A stretch of 63,605 bases of DNA, filler included, from Stramenopiles sp. TOSAG23-6 (lineage: Eukaryota), in NCBI GenBank assembly GCA_900128565.1. It is 11 parts of 11 records of this genome, joined end to end, with 100 filler letters (N's around TTAATTAATTAA, not from the genome) between each part and the next. Parts side by side here need not be neighbours in the genome. Positions count along the whole stretch, not along the records: positions 1 to 7,466 come from LT636562.1; positions 7,567 to 15,009 come from LT636563.1; 9 more parts are not named here. The stretch is one strand, 5' to 3'. The translations under genes and the position numbers were made by a program. Shown piece by piece: positions 1 through 9,184 of this stretch; position 1 is the first letter of the stretch, and each line of letters starts with the position of its first letter. The notes under the pieces are model-generated. The model was not told the origin of the DNA, did no database searches, and saw only the letters and a program-made list of their open reading frames with translations.

Positions 1-412
1 TTGTAAAGATGCAAAAGATGGGCTTGCCAGAAGGTGCAATTCGTGGTAAAATGCGTATGGAAGGTATTTCTGATGCAGAGGCCGATGCGTTTTTCTCTGG
101 TGGTTCTCTTGCTCCGAAATCTGAAGCTGCATCTCCCCCACTAAATACGCTGCCTAAATATGCAAAATTTGTAAAGATGCAAAAGATGGGCTTGCCAGAA
201 GGTGCAATTCGTGGTAAAATGCGTATGGAAGGTATTTCTGATGCAGAGGCCGATGCGTTTTTCTCTGGTGGTTCTCTTGCTCCGAAATCTGAAGCTGCAT
301 CTCCCCCACTAAATACGCTGCCTAAATATGCAAAATTTGTAAAGATGCAAAAGATGGGCTTGCCAGAAGGTGCAATTCGTGGTAAAATGCGCATGGAAGG
401 TATTTCTGATGC
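1..412 (+). repeat. 168-bp (56 aa) coding tandem repeat, about 2.5 copies
   Basis: Near-identical units with ATG at 9, 177 and 345. Confidence 0.95.
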
Positions 413-2009
413 TGAAATGAATGCATTTTTTGCTGGTACTTCGCTTCCAAGTAAGAAGATTACAAAACCTGTAAAACCGAAGAAGAAAAAGAAGAAAAAA
501 CCTCGCATGTTTCGAACCTTTTTTTGGAATAAATTAGAATCTTTTGAAAAGAAAAATACTATTTGGAATGACTGTGGAACAAATGAGAATGCAAGCAGTT
601 ATCAAATTTTACTACCAGGTAACCCGTCGCGACAAAGGCTTGAGCTTGCATTTGGTACTGGAAAAGTTCTTAATGCTCGTCGTAAGAAAAAAAATGATTC
701 TGAAAAGAAGAAAAGCATAGTTGCGATTGAGGGAAAGAGTGGAGCATCTTTATCAAGCGCACCAGTCGCTCCTGCAAATGTAATCGATTCAAAGCGAGTT
801 TACACAGTTGGTATTGCTATCTCAAGATTAGGGGCACCAGAGAAACTTCGTGAAACAATTGAAACTTTAGATGAGAGTTCTCTCAATCTAGCAGTAATAG
901 AAAAGCTACTTTTACAAAAGTATATACCTAATAAGGAGGAATGTAATGCATTATTATCATATCAAAAGAGTGGTGGTAATATATTAGGATTGAATTCTGT
1001 TGAACGTTTTATGTTAGAAATGGCACAAATACCGCGATTACACCAACGATTACGTTGTATAGTTACTCGACATGGTTTTCACCCACGTGTTGCTAAAGTG
1101 AAGGCTGATGCCAGAGCTATTTCTACCGCTTGTATTCAACTTATGGAATCCAAAGAGCTTCAACATGTGCTTTCAATAATTTTATCAACTGGAAACACAC
1201 TAAATGAAGGCACATCTCAAGGAAATGCAAAAGGTTTTAAGATTTCATCACTGAAGCTTCTTCCTAATGCAAAGGCAGTTTCAGCGTTACAAGGAAAGAA
1301 AACTACTCTGTTGCACTACATTGCCGCTGAAATGGATTACAGCACTATGGGTTTTACTGATCTTACTAAAGTTTGGCCATCTGTATTAACCACAGTTACC
1401 ATCAGTTTTCAGAAAATCCGAAGTGACTCTTTACTTGCAGTCAGTGATTTTAGACTTGTCGAGAACGAGTTGAATCATGCCATTAGTGAACAAGAAAAAA
1501 TTGCCAAATCAGGTTTTAAAAATGCAGGCATCGCTAAAAGTGCCGCTGCATTTGTGAAAGCATTTGCGACATTTGTGGATGAAGCTCGTATATCTTTACA
1601 AGATTCACAGAAAGCAACAGCACAAGGTATGAATGATTTTAATTCAATGTTAAAGTGGTTTGGTGAAAATCCTGCAAAGGTAACTGCAGATGATCGCGCT
1701 CAATTTATACCTGATTTACTAGACTTTGCTGCAAACTTGAATAAAGCTCACGATGAAAATTTGGCATTGGCTGAAAATGCTGATAATATTTTAGATGATA
1801 TTGAAATATCAAAACAAAGTAATAAAGAAAATAGTAGTAGAAGCATTAATAATTTGAATAGATCAAGTAAAAAGAAAATTGGTAGTAGAATTAGTCATAC
1901 TAGAAGAGTTACAACTGGATCCTTGACGAAAGGTAAAATTAAAAGCATTCGAGAACAAGTTTTAGATGAACCTCCAAAGGCAAAACGTAAAGGTTGGTTT
2001 AGAAGGTGA
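1..2009 (+). CDS. Formin (FH2 domain), 5'-partial, with N-terminal KMQKMG repeats
   Basis: FH2 hallmarks FFWNKL, IDSKR, ILSTGNTLN...GNAKGFKISSL, TTLLHY; intronless ORF. Confidence 0.9.
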   Translation, partial: VKMQKMGLPEGAIRGKMRMEGISDAEADAFFSGGSLAPKSEAASPPLNTLPKYAKFVKMQKMGLPEGAIRGKMRMEGISDAEADAFFSGGSLAPKSEAASPPLNTLPKYAKFVKMQKMGLPEGAIRGKMRMEGISDAEMNAFFAGTSLPSKKITKPVKPKKKKKKKPRMFRTFFWNKLESFEKKNTIWNDCGTNENASSYQILLPGNPSRQRLELAFGTGKVLNARRKKKNDSEKKKSIVAIEGKSGASLSSAPVAPANVIDSKRVYTVGIAISRLGAPEKLRETIETLDESSLNLAVIEKLLLQKYIPNKEECNALLSYQKSGGNILGLNSVERFMLEMAQIPRLHQRLRCIVTRHGFHPRVAKVKADARAISTACIQLMESKELQHVLSIILSTGNTLNEGTSQGNAKGFKISSLKLLPNAKAVSALQGKKTTLLHYIAAEMDYSTMGFTDLTKVWPSVLTTVTISFQKIRSDSLLAVSDFRLVENELNHAISEQEKIAKSGFKNAGIAKSAAAFVKAFATFVDEARISLQDSQKATAQGMNDFNSMLKWFGENPAKVTADDRAQFIPDLLDFAANLNKAHDENLALAENADNILDDIEISKQSNKENSSRSINNLNRSSKKKIGSRISHTRRVTTGSLTKGKIKSIREQVLDEPPKAKRKGWFRR

Positions 2010-2248
2010 TTTATATATATATATACAGATAAAATAAAGATTCATGTAAACTTGTACATTTAGTTTTTCGAATGGTTTTTCTTTAAGCATTTTTGTTCAT
2101 TTAGTTTTTATTTTCATTTATGATAATAAATCTAATAATTCGTTACGAGGAAGTTAATCATTTTGAAAATGAAGATTCCTTGTATTTAGATCCTTTGTAA
2201 GAGGAAAACATCCAAATATATATTCTGTGATTTTAATATGCTTATAAA

Positions 2249-3795
2249 TCATAACTCTTGTTGTTGACGACTACGTGATTTGGGTATCGATTCCAAGTGT
2301 TTGTATGATTCAGTTTTCATAAAAGTTTTCAAATCACTTAGTAGTGTTATATACGGCTTGTGAAAATGTGTGATTCCAGATACTACGCCGCTTTCAGGAT
2401 CCGGAGTACTAGTCACTTGATGCCACCAAATTGCTGGAATATATAGAATATCACCTTCATGTACTTCGCAATTGACAATGCGCGCATTTGAAAATTTAGG
2501 ATATTTCTTAAGATCGGGATTTTCAATATTTACTGGACTAAATGGAGTAAGATTTTTTTCATCGAAAAGAATTTCGTAGAATCGCCCTTCATCATTCATA
2601 TATTTTAGAAAAATATTTCAAAAAAACAAATTAAAATTTGTTAGGTACAAAATTTCGTACTAAAAAAAAAATCGAAATTGAAAAAAGATAAAACATTCAT
2701 GACGTCATTTCCAAGAATATCTTTTTCAAATTCATAAAATCTGTATTGGCTACGAATACTTGAATGTTCATTCGAGAAATAAACTTCTTCATTTTGAGTT
2801 GGGTGAATCAAATTGAAAACTTTTGTACCAGATATAACCACATGAAAATTTTCATAAGCATCATGGTGCAAAGGAGCTTTCACAGGTTGTTCACTAGTCC
2901 ATAATAGCTGATTCTGAAGTAAAAGTTGAGGAGATATCATAGTAGTAATTGCTGGCATTATATCTTCCATTACCTCACCCCATAGAGAAAGTGGATGCTT
3001 TTGTAAATAAACACTCATCTTACGACGTCCTTTGTCGTCAAATTTCTTTGCAATATCGGATAATCGCAAGTAATCTGAAAACGTAATCTCGTTTTCAGCA
3101 GGTCGGTCCATAACGATTTCTTGAGTCTCGAGATGTTTTGCAACCTCATATTCTCCCAAAACATCACCTGGTTTAATTGAAACGATGTATGTCCGCAGAA
3201 GCTTGTGTCCGATTTTTTGGTTTAAATAGGTTTTGTTTTTCCACAGATATTGTGCTTTCCAATCTTTCACTGCACCTGTAATAATAACTGGTTTGCTCTT
3301 CTGAACATACTCCTTGAAAAAGCGATCTTTATTTTCTATAAATGTAGTACTATCTACACGTTCACATTTGGTGTATTTTTTGGACGGCAAGGAGCCAGTA
3401 ATATCTACCAAGTCATCGATGGCAATTGGTTTTTTTTTTGGAAGACTTTGTAGCCAGAGATACTGTAAAACAAGGTTGTATTCATTCAAAGAGCACACAC
3501 CGGGAATTGGTGAATGTGTGAGCAGAGGGGTACTGGCTGTACGATTACACACTTGGTCAGATATTTGATGAGCACTCAGTGATTTGACGTCAATTTCAGC
3601 CACATACCTATCAACTAGTGCTTTCACTTTTGTATTATTCTTGTGCAAAGGATGTAACGCGTGAGGTGGAAAATTTGAGTATTTTTTATCAACTTTGAAA
3701 CGGCGGTTTACAGCATCTTGAAACGAACAAATCGCTCTTCCTACCAATGACAGGAAAATATAGAGAAAAATCACAACGACCGTTGCCAATTTCAT
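2249..3795 (-). CDS. JmjC/cupin-like 2OG-Fe(II) oxygenase with signal peptide, 2 exons
   Basis: KPVIITGA, LHHDAYENFH, EGDILYIPAIWWHQV motifs split over two ORFs joined across intron 2598-2698. Confidence 0.85.
2598..2698 (-). other. Motif-family intron ending in AT (donor GAATGT, or GTTTTA if slid 4 nt)
   Basis: GTACGAAATTTTGTACCTAAC core; removal gives in-frame DV-M-NDE; flanking ATGAATG direct repeat makes the exact register ambiguous. Confidence 0.8.
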
Positions 3796-3991
3796 GTTCT
3801 ATTTGATTTTTATTCGAAGAGGTTGTAAGTAAATTAATATAGGGTACCTCTCGAGTTGTGACTCAAAACTTTGACAGGACAGCTTCGTTTTTTTGTTACC
3901 AGGTACCAGTACTATCGGATCTCGTCTCGAATTTCCGTAAATTTTTGAAAGACAACAAGTGCTAAAATAGAATGAAAAAGAGTTATGTGGC

Positions 3992-4768
3992 ATGTCAAAT
4001 CTAAACCAGATACGTATACTTGTTGTTGGAGATAGTGGGGTAGGTAAAACTTGTCTTATACATCGAATTTGTCATAAGAAAGCACTGGAGAATCCCGGTT
4101 GGACGGTTGGATTTGAAGTAAATGTGCTCTGTCGACAATACAACATGGGAGACGCTGAATCAGGTTCTTGCTACAGCTTATCGAGTGAGTCTTCTTCACT
4201 TATGGAGAATGAGTCTCTACAGTACGTAGAATTCATTGATATATCTGGACATGAAAAGTATAAGCTTTCTCGTTCATTTATTTACAAAGATGTAGACGGA
4301 ATAATATTCTGCTATGACACTTCGAACTCAAAGTCCTTTTACAACATAAAACGCTGGTCCGAAGAAATTTCGAAAGAGACAAGTGGATATTCTGAAAAAA
4401 ATGTACAAAGAAGAAATAGTCATAATCATAACAACTGGAGGGGAATTGATACTGGGATTACACATCGTAAGGTACATTCTGAAAAAACTTTAGACAGTAA
4501 AAAATATAGTTACAAATTACCAAGTTGCCCCATAATAGTTATTGGTAATAAATTGGATTTGCTATCTCCAGCAGCACGTGAGGGTTTTAAACATCCACAT
4601 TTACCAGCTGGAGGACTTGGATTTAACAACAGTAATAATCTTGAATTCTGTGTTTGTAGTTCCTTGGATCCGTTGATAATGTCCCTTCGAGTTCGCGAGA
4701 AACTGCGTGAAACTCTTGACTCGTTTTATTTGCGTGTTCAAACATCAAAACAAAATAATTTATTGTAG
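3992..4768 (+). CDS. RABL3: Rab-like protein 3 family small GTPase
   Basis: GDSGVGKT P-loop, WTVG, DISG, IGNKLD; no C-terminal prenylation motif. Confidence 0.75.
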   Translation: MSNLNQIRILVVGDSGVGKTCLIHRICHKKALENPGWTVGFEVNVLCRQYNMGDAESGSCYSLSSESSSLMENESLQYVEFIDISGHEKYKLSRSFIYKDVDGIIFCYDTSNSKSFYNIKRWSEEISKETSGYSEKNVQRRNSHNHNNWRGIDTGITHRKVHSEKTLDSKKYSYKLPSCPIIVIGNKLDLLSPAAREGFKHPHLPAGGLGFNNSNNLEFCVCSSLDPLIMSLRVREKLRETLDSFYLRVQTSKQNNLL

Positions 4769-5066
4769 AAAAATTTAATAAAATCCAACTTATTATGCTC
4801 AATGTTTATGCAATAGTATGTGAACAACCACCTTTTTAAGTTTTTGAAAAAAACAATTCCATTGTAATAAAATGCAACTTCCAAGTGAATAATAAAATTT
4901 TCAGAAAATTATTACTATTAATTTTTCAAAGGTGAATTTCTCATCAAATTTGCTACCACCATTTATAAAATTATAAAAAGATTAAAATAAACACTGTACA
5001 ATATTATTGGCGTTCACCTTTTGATAGTAATAAAAGGGAATAGCTTGATTCATATAATCATCAAAA

Positions 5067-6195
5067 ATGCTTCCATTAATTGCAATTGGAAGGCGATCAT
5101 TTTCATCATCAGTTACATCAAAAATGATTCGATTAATTGCAATTGGAAGGCGATCATTTTCATCATCAGTTACAGCCAGTAGCAACAACGTTACGCGATA
5201 TGCCACTTCAAATGGAGATGTTGTATGGGGAACTGAAAAAAGAGGAAGTACAGTTGTCCCTGTTGCCAATCCATTGTATCCTTCAGAGTATCCAGAGTCT
5301 TTATCACCTGTCACGGTGACTTCTACGCTTGCACCACTCCCTGTTGATCCTCCACCGGCCATTATAGCTGTTGGACTAAATTATAGAAAACACGCTGATG
5401 AAGTCGGATTGCCAGTTCCTCGAAACCCAATTCTTTTCTACAAAAACCCTTCCAGTGTTTGTGGTCCAGAAGACGAAATTTTAATACCAAAAGTCGCGTC
5501 TAGAAATCCAAATGAGACAGATTCTGAGGTTGAGTTAGCCGTATTTATAGGAAAGAGGTGTAAAGATGTCTCAGTAGAAAATGCTCTTGAATATGTTTTG
5601 GGGTATACCGTAGCTAATGACGTAGGTTGCAGGCGGTGGCAAGGTAAGAAAGGTATTTTATGTTTATTTGAAGAATTTGTGAGTTGTTTTCATTATTGCT
5701 ATCTATGTTGATTTGCAAAAGCTTTGATATATTGTATACATTATATGTGGTGGGCAATGGTGTGTAATTTAATCAAAAAATGATGTCATATAACAATATA
5801 TTTTTCATACTATCGCTTTTATTCAATTGCATCACATTTTTACTATAATGCGCATATTACATAGGTCGAAGTCATTTGATACCTTCACTCCATTGGGTCC
5901 TTCTCTGCTTCCTGCCACTGAACTAATCAATCCTCAAAAACTAAAACTATCAGCTGAAGTGAATGAAGAAATATTACAATCTTCCTCGACAGAGGACATG
6001 ATATTCTCTGTTGCTGAGCTAATCTCATATATATCACAGGATACAACTCTACTTCCAGGCACCATTATTTTAACTGGTACACCTGAAGGAGTGGGTTATA
6101 TTAGACAACCACCGAAGTTTTTACTTCCTGGAGATAGGGTAACTTGCAATATAGAAAACATTGGCAAAATTTCTAATACTGTGAGAGATGCATAA
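5067..6195 (+). CDS. Fumarylacetoacetate hydrolase family protein, 3 exons (5067-5652, 5747-5763, 5863-6195)
   Basis: VGLNYRKHA, DSEVEL, ANDV, KSFDTFTPLGP, LTGTPEGVG; the 17-nt microexon restores WQGKKGGGQWCRSKSFD. Confidence 0.9.
5653..5746 (+). other. GT-AT intron without the family motif
   Basis: AAG|GTATTT...TTATAT|GTGGTGGG; restores GGGQW. Confidence 0.75.
5764..5862 (+). other. GT-AT intron without the family motif
   Basis: TGT|GTAATT...TTACAT|AGGTCGAAG; the AG 2 nt downstream is out of frame. Confidence 0.8.
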
Positions 6196-6233
6196 ATACA
6201 CCACATAATAAAATAATAACGTTATAGTTCCCT

Positions 6234-6782
6234 TTATATTTCTAATTCTAAGCCGTCTTTTTTCATTTTCTCAAGTTTTTGTTTTATGGCTCTCATTTCG
6301 CTAATGACTATATTTGCAGCGTCGACGTCACTAATAACGCGCTTTGGGGCTCTTCTCTTAACTTGAACCTTCCGTTTTTTAAACGAACGATCTGAAACAT
6401 CTTTTAGGGGTTCAGATTCGTTTCTTGCTTCTTCAAATGCGACTACAATTCGACGACCATTCAGTTTCTTCCCATTCATTTTTTTCTGGGCAGTTTCAGC
6501 CTCTTCTCGTTTACTATATGTTACATAAGCCGTTCCAAGAGGTTTCCCTGCATCCTCTCCTTTTATTTTCCACATGAAACGGAAGTTTACCATTCTACCG
6601 AAACGTTTGAGTACTGTCGCAAGGGTATTTTCGGTGACTCGGTAATCTATGTTGTAAATACAGAGCTGACAGTTTATGTCGAAAAGCTTTCGGCGCTGAT
6701 TCTGTGTTGCTTCTGCAACCTTAAGGTATCGACTATCCACAAACGCTGCATGAATACTGGTTGGTTCATGACGACGAGCCAT
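6234..6782 (-). CDS. RRM protein, RBM18-like
   Basis: Single RRM (LCIYNID...GKPLGTAYVTY) and C-terminal MRAIKQKLEKM helix. Confidence 0.7.
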   Translation of the reverse strand: MARRHEPTSIHAAFVDSRYLKVAEATQNQRRKLFDINCQLCIYNIDYRVTENTLATVLKRFGRMVNFRFMWKIKGEDAGKPLGTAYVTYSKREEAETAQKKMNGKKLNGRRIVVAFEEARNESEPLKDVSDRSFKKRKVQVKRRAPKRVISDVDAANIVISEMRAIKQKLEKMKKDGLELEI

Positions 6783-7112
6783 GTTCTTCTAACTCAATAG
6801 ATTGGAGAGTATACACAGCTATTCAATGCAGTATGTATAAGAGCATATACTATGTAAAAACGGCAACCTTTTTCTTCGACTATTTTCGCTAGTACCTTTC
6901 GGACGAGAGACCCGAAGCTTCTCTTCTTCTTCACAAAAAAAATCAAATCCTCTGAGCATGTTTGTGATTTTCAGTTTCGTATACAAATTTCGTACCTAAG
7001 TAAGTTTACGTAGCCAGTAGCAAAAAATCGCAGGAACTCGTTGTAGGCCTACTGGTATAGTACTTTAAGTGACGCATTTGGATACATTAAGGATATTGGC
7101 AATTTATTTGCC

Positions 7113-7466
7113 ATGACCTCACAAACTACAGAAATAAAGTGGAATGATTTACGTGTAGATAATAGAACTAGGAATTTTTTTGAGGAGACTATAGCACAAG
7201 CTGTTGTTTTAGCAAAGCTAGCCGTTGCTGACATTGCAAATTCAACCCGTTCACTCCTGATTCTACTTTTCAGTACACTTTTCTTTGGTTTTATAGTAGT
7301 ACTAAATGGGAAAATACATACTCGTGATGATATTAATGATGATCAACGTGACATGCAGAATGCAATGTTTGGTGCGGAGGTTGCAATGAAGAGTGTAGTA
7401 TCAGGGATGCTTTTATCTTTAATGATGGTCTTTTTTGACCTTTATTGGTTAGACTTTTACATTCAG
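7113..7466 (+). CDS. Hypothetical membrane protein, 3'-partial
   Basis: ORF with two hydrophobic segments running into the contig end. Confidence 0.5.
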
Positions 7467-7566
7467 NNNNNNNNNNNNNNNNNNNNNNNNNNNNNNNNNN
7501 NNNNNNNNNNTTAATTAATTAANNNNNNNNNNNNNNNNNNNNNNNNNNNNNNNNNNNNNNNNNNNN
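7467..7566. other. Artificial contig linker (N-TTAATTAATTAA-N); also at 15010, 22544, 30065, 37578, 45089, 52584, 60070, 61250, 62428
   Basis: Identical 100-nt spacer with stops in all six frames; contig sizes decrease monotonically. Confidence 0.98.
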
Positions 7567-7655
7567 TTTTTTTTTTTTTTTGGTTTTTTTTTCGTAGGGA
7601 ATTTTGTACCTAACATTTTTTTTTTTTTTTTTGTTAAATTAATTTCACAATATAT

Positions 7656-8911
7656 TTCCTGGTTTAACTGAATTAGCATTATGTGGAATTGGGTTACATA
7701 ATGAAGTTAAAACTCATAATTGTAGTCTAGAATTGACCTACGAATTAATTTTGATTCCTCCATTGGTAAACTCAGACATAAAATACAAAACATCAAAAAA
7801 ATCATGAAATATCAAAAAATCATGAAATATCTAAAAATCACGAAATATCTAAAAATCACGAAATATCTAATACGAAATGCATTTCAAATGGAAAGAATGC
7901 AACACAAATTGATGCATATAATGGTATTTCGTATACATATCATATAAAAACAAAATTAATTTTGATTCAAATCATTAGTATTGTATTACCTTCAATTCTC
8001 TGTGAAGACCCTAACCCTAGATGTTCAATACAAAAAAATCAAAAACATCAAAAAAATCAAAAAATACAAGATATTGTAACAAAACTGTCTGAGCGATGTC
8101 ATAGATCACGAAATGAAGTCTGGGGTTCAAGGCCAATTTATTTTGATACAAGTATACAAAACACGAAATCATTCAAAAATACAAAAAATACAAAAAATAC
8201 AAAAAATACAAAAAACATAAAAAATATAAAATTTCAAGATAATTCAACATTTGATCCATGTACGTTTTCATCATGAATTTATTAATTTAATTTTTTTTTT
8301 TGGTTTTTTCGTAAAAAAATTTCGTNCTNACGATANTTTTTTTTTTTGNAAANTTCGGNTTTTTTCACAATACATGGCGTCATCAATGGGTGAAAAATAT
8401 GCGGTCTATAGAAATCGAATGTCGACGTTATTTGGATGGTTTTTACACGAAATCTTCAGATTTCATTGATTCATTTTGTGATTCAATTACAAAAATACTC
8501 GATTCAAATTTTGATTTTGAATGTTTTACAATCTTATCAAAATTTGTTCTAATGGAAAATATTACTCAAGTTGATCATTGGTACTTTTTCATCATGAATT
8601 TATTAATTTAATTTTTTTTTTTTTTTTACATTTCATTATGAATTTTTTTTTTTTTTTACATTCATCATCAATATATATTTTACAATATATTTTAAAACTA
8701 ACAAAAATCAAATATGATATATTTTTTTCACTATTTCCCTCTTTTAGTGATACGTGTCATGAAAAAGATATTTGACCGTATTGATTGGAAAAACACAAAC
8801 CTGCTCNAAAAANGGNCCTNANTTNTTTTTTCAAATGAATTCTTTTCCCTATTTGAAGAAATGGACATCTACAAAAAAATGTTTAGCTATGCAATGCAAA
8901 AAAGAAAGTGA
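7656..8911 (+). CDS. Hypothetical multi-exon protein, 5'-partial
   Basis: Open frame 7656-8259 joins 8376-8580 across a GT-AT intron (FDP-W-RHQW); last acceptor unresolved. Confidence 0.5.
8260..8375 (+). other. GT-AT intron, motif family
   Basis: CCAT|GTACGTTTT...CACAATACAT|GG; frame restored. Confidence 0.75.
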
Positions 8912-9184
8912 ATTATTATTTCAAGAATTTTTGCATAAAGTAGGAAAATAAAAAAAAAAAAAAACCCTAACCCTAATGAAACTATTTTTGAAAAAAAAAT
9001 TCTTGGAAAAAAAAAATTTGTTAGGACATTTTCAAAAAAAAAAAAAAAATGCAAAAAAGAAAGAGAATTCTTATAAAAAATAAAAAAGTTATGTCTACTC
9101 TAACTAACTAACAAATGTTCAAAATCAATTATCTACCATACTTTTGAAAATAAATATGTTTTTATTCTTTTTCAAAATTTAAAA

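Noticed and set aside
7467-7566. Recurring TTAATTAATTAA element and any gene clustering across it
   Set aside because: Artificial six-frame-stop linker; contigs are size-sorted and unlinked, so cross-contig adjacency has no meaning
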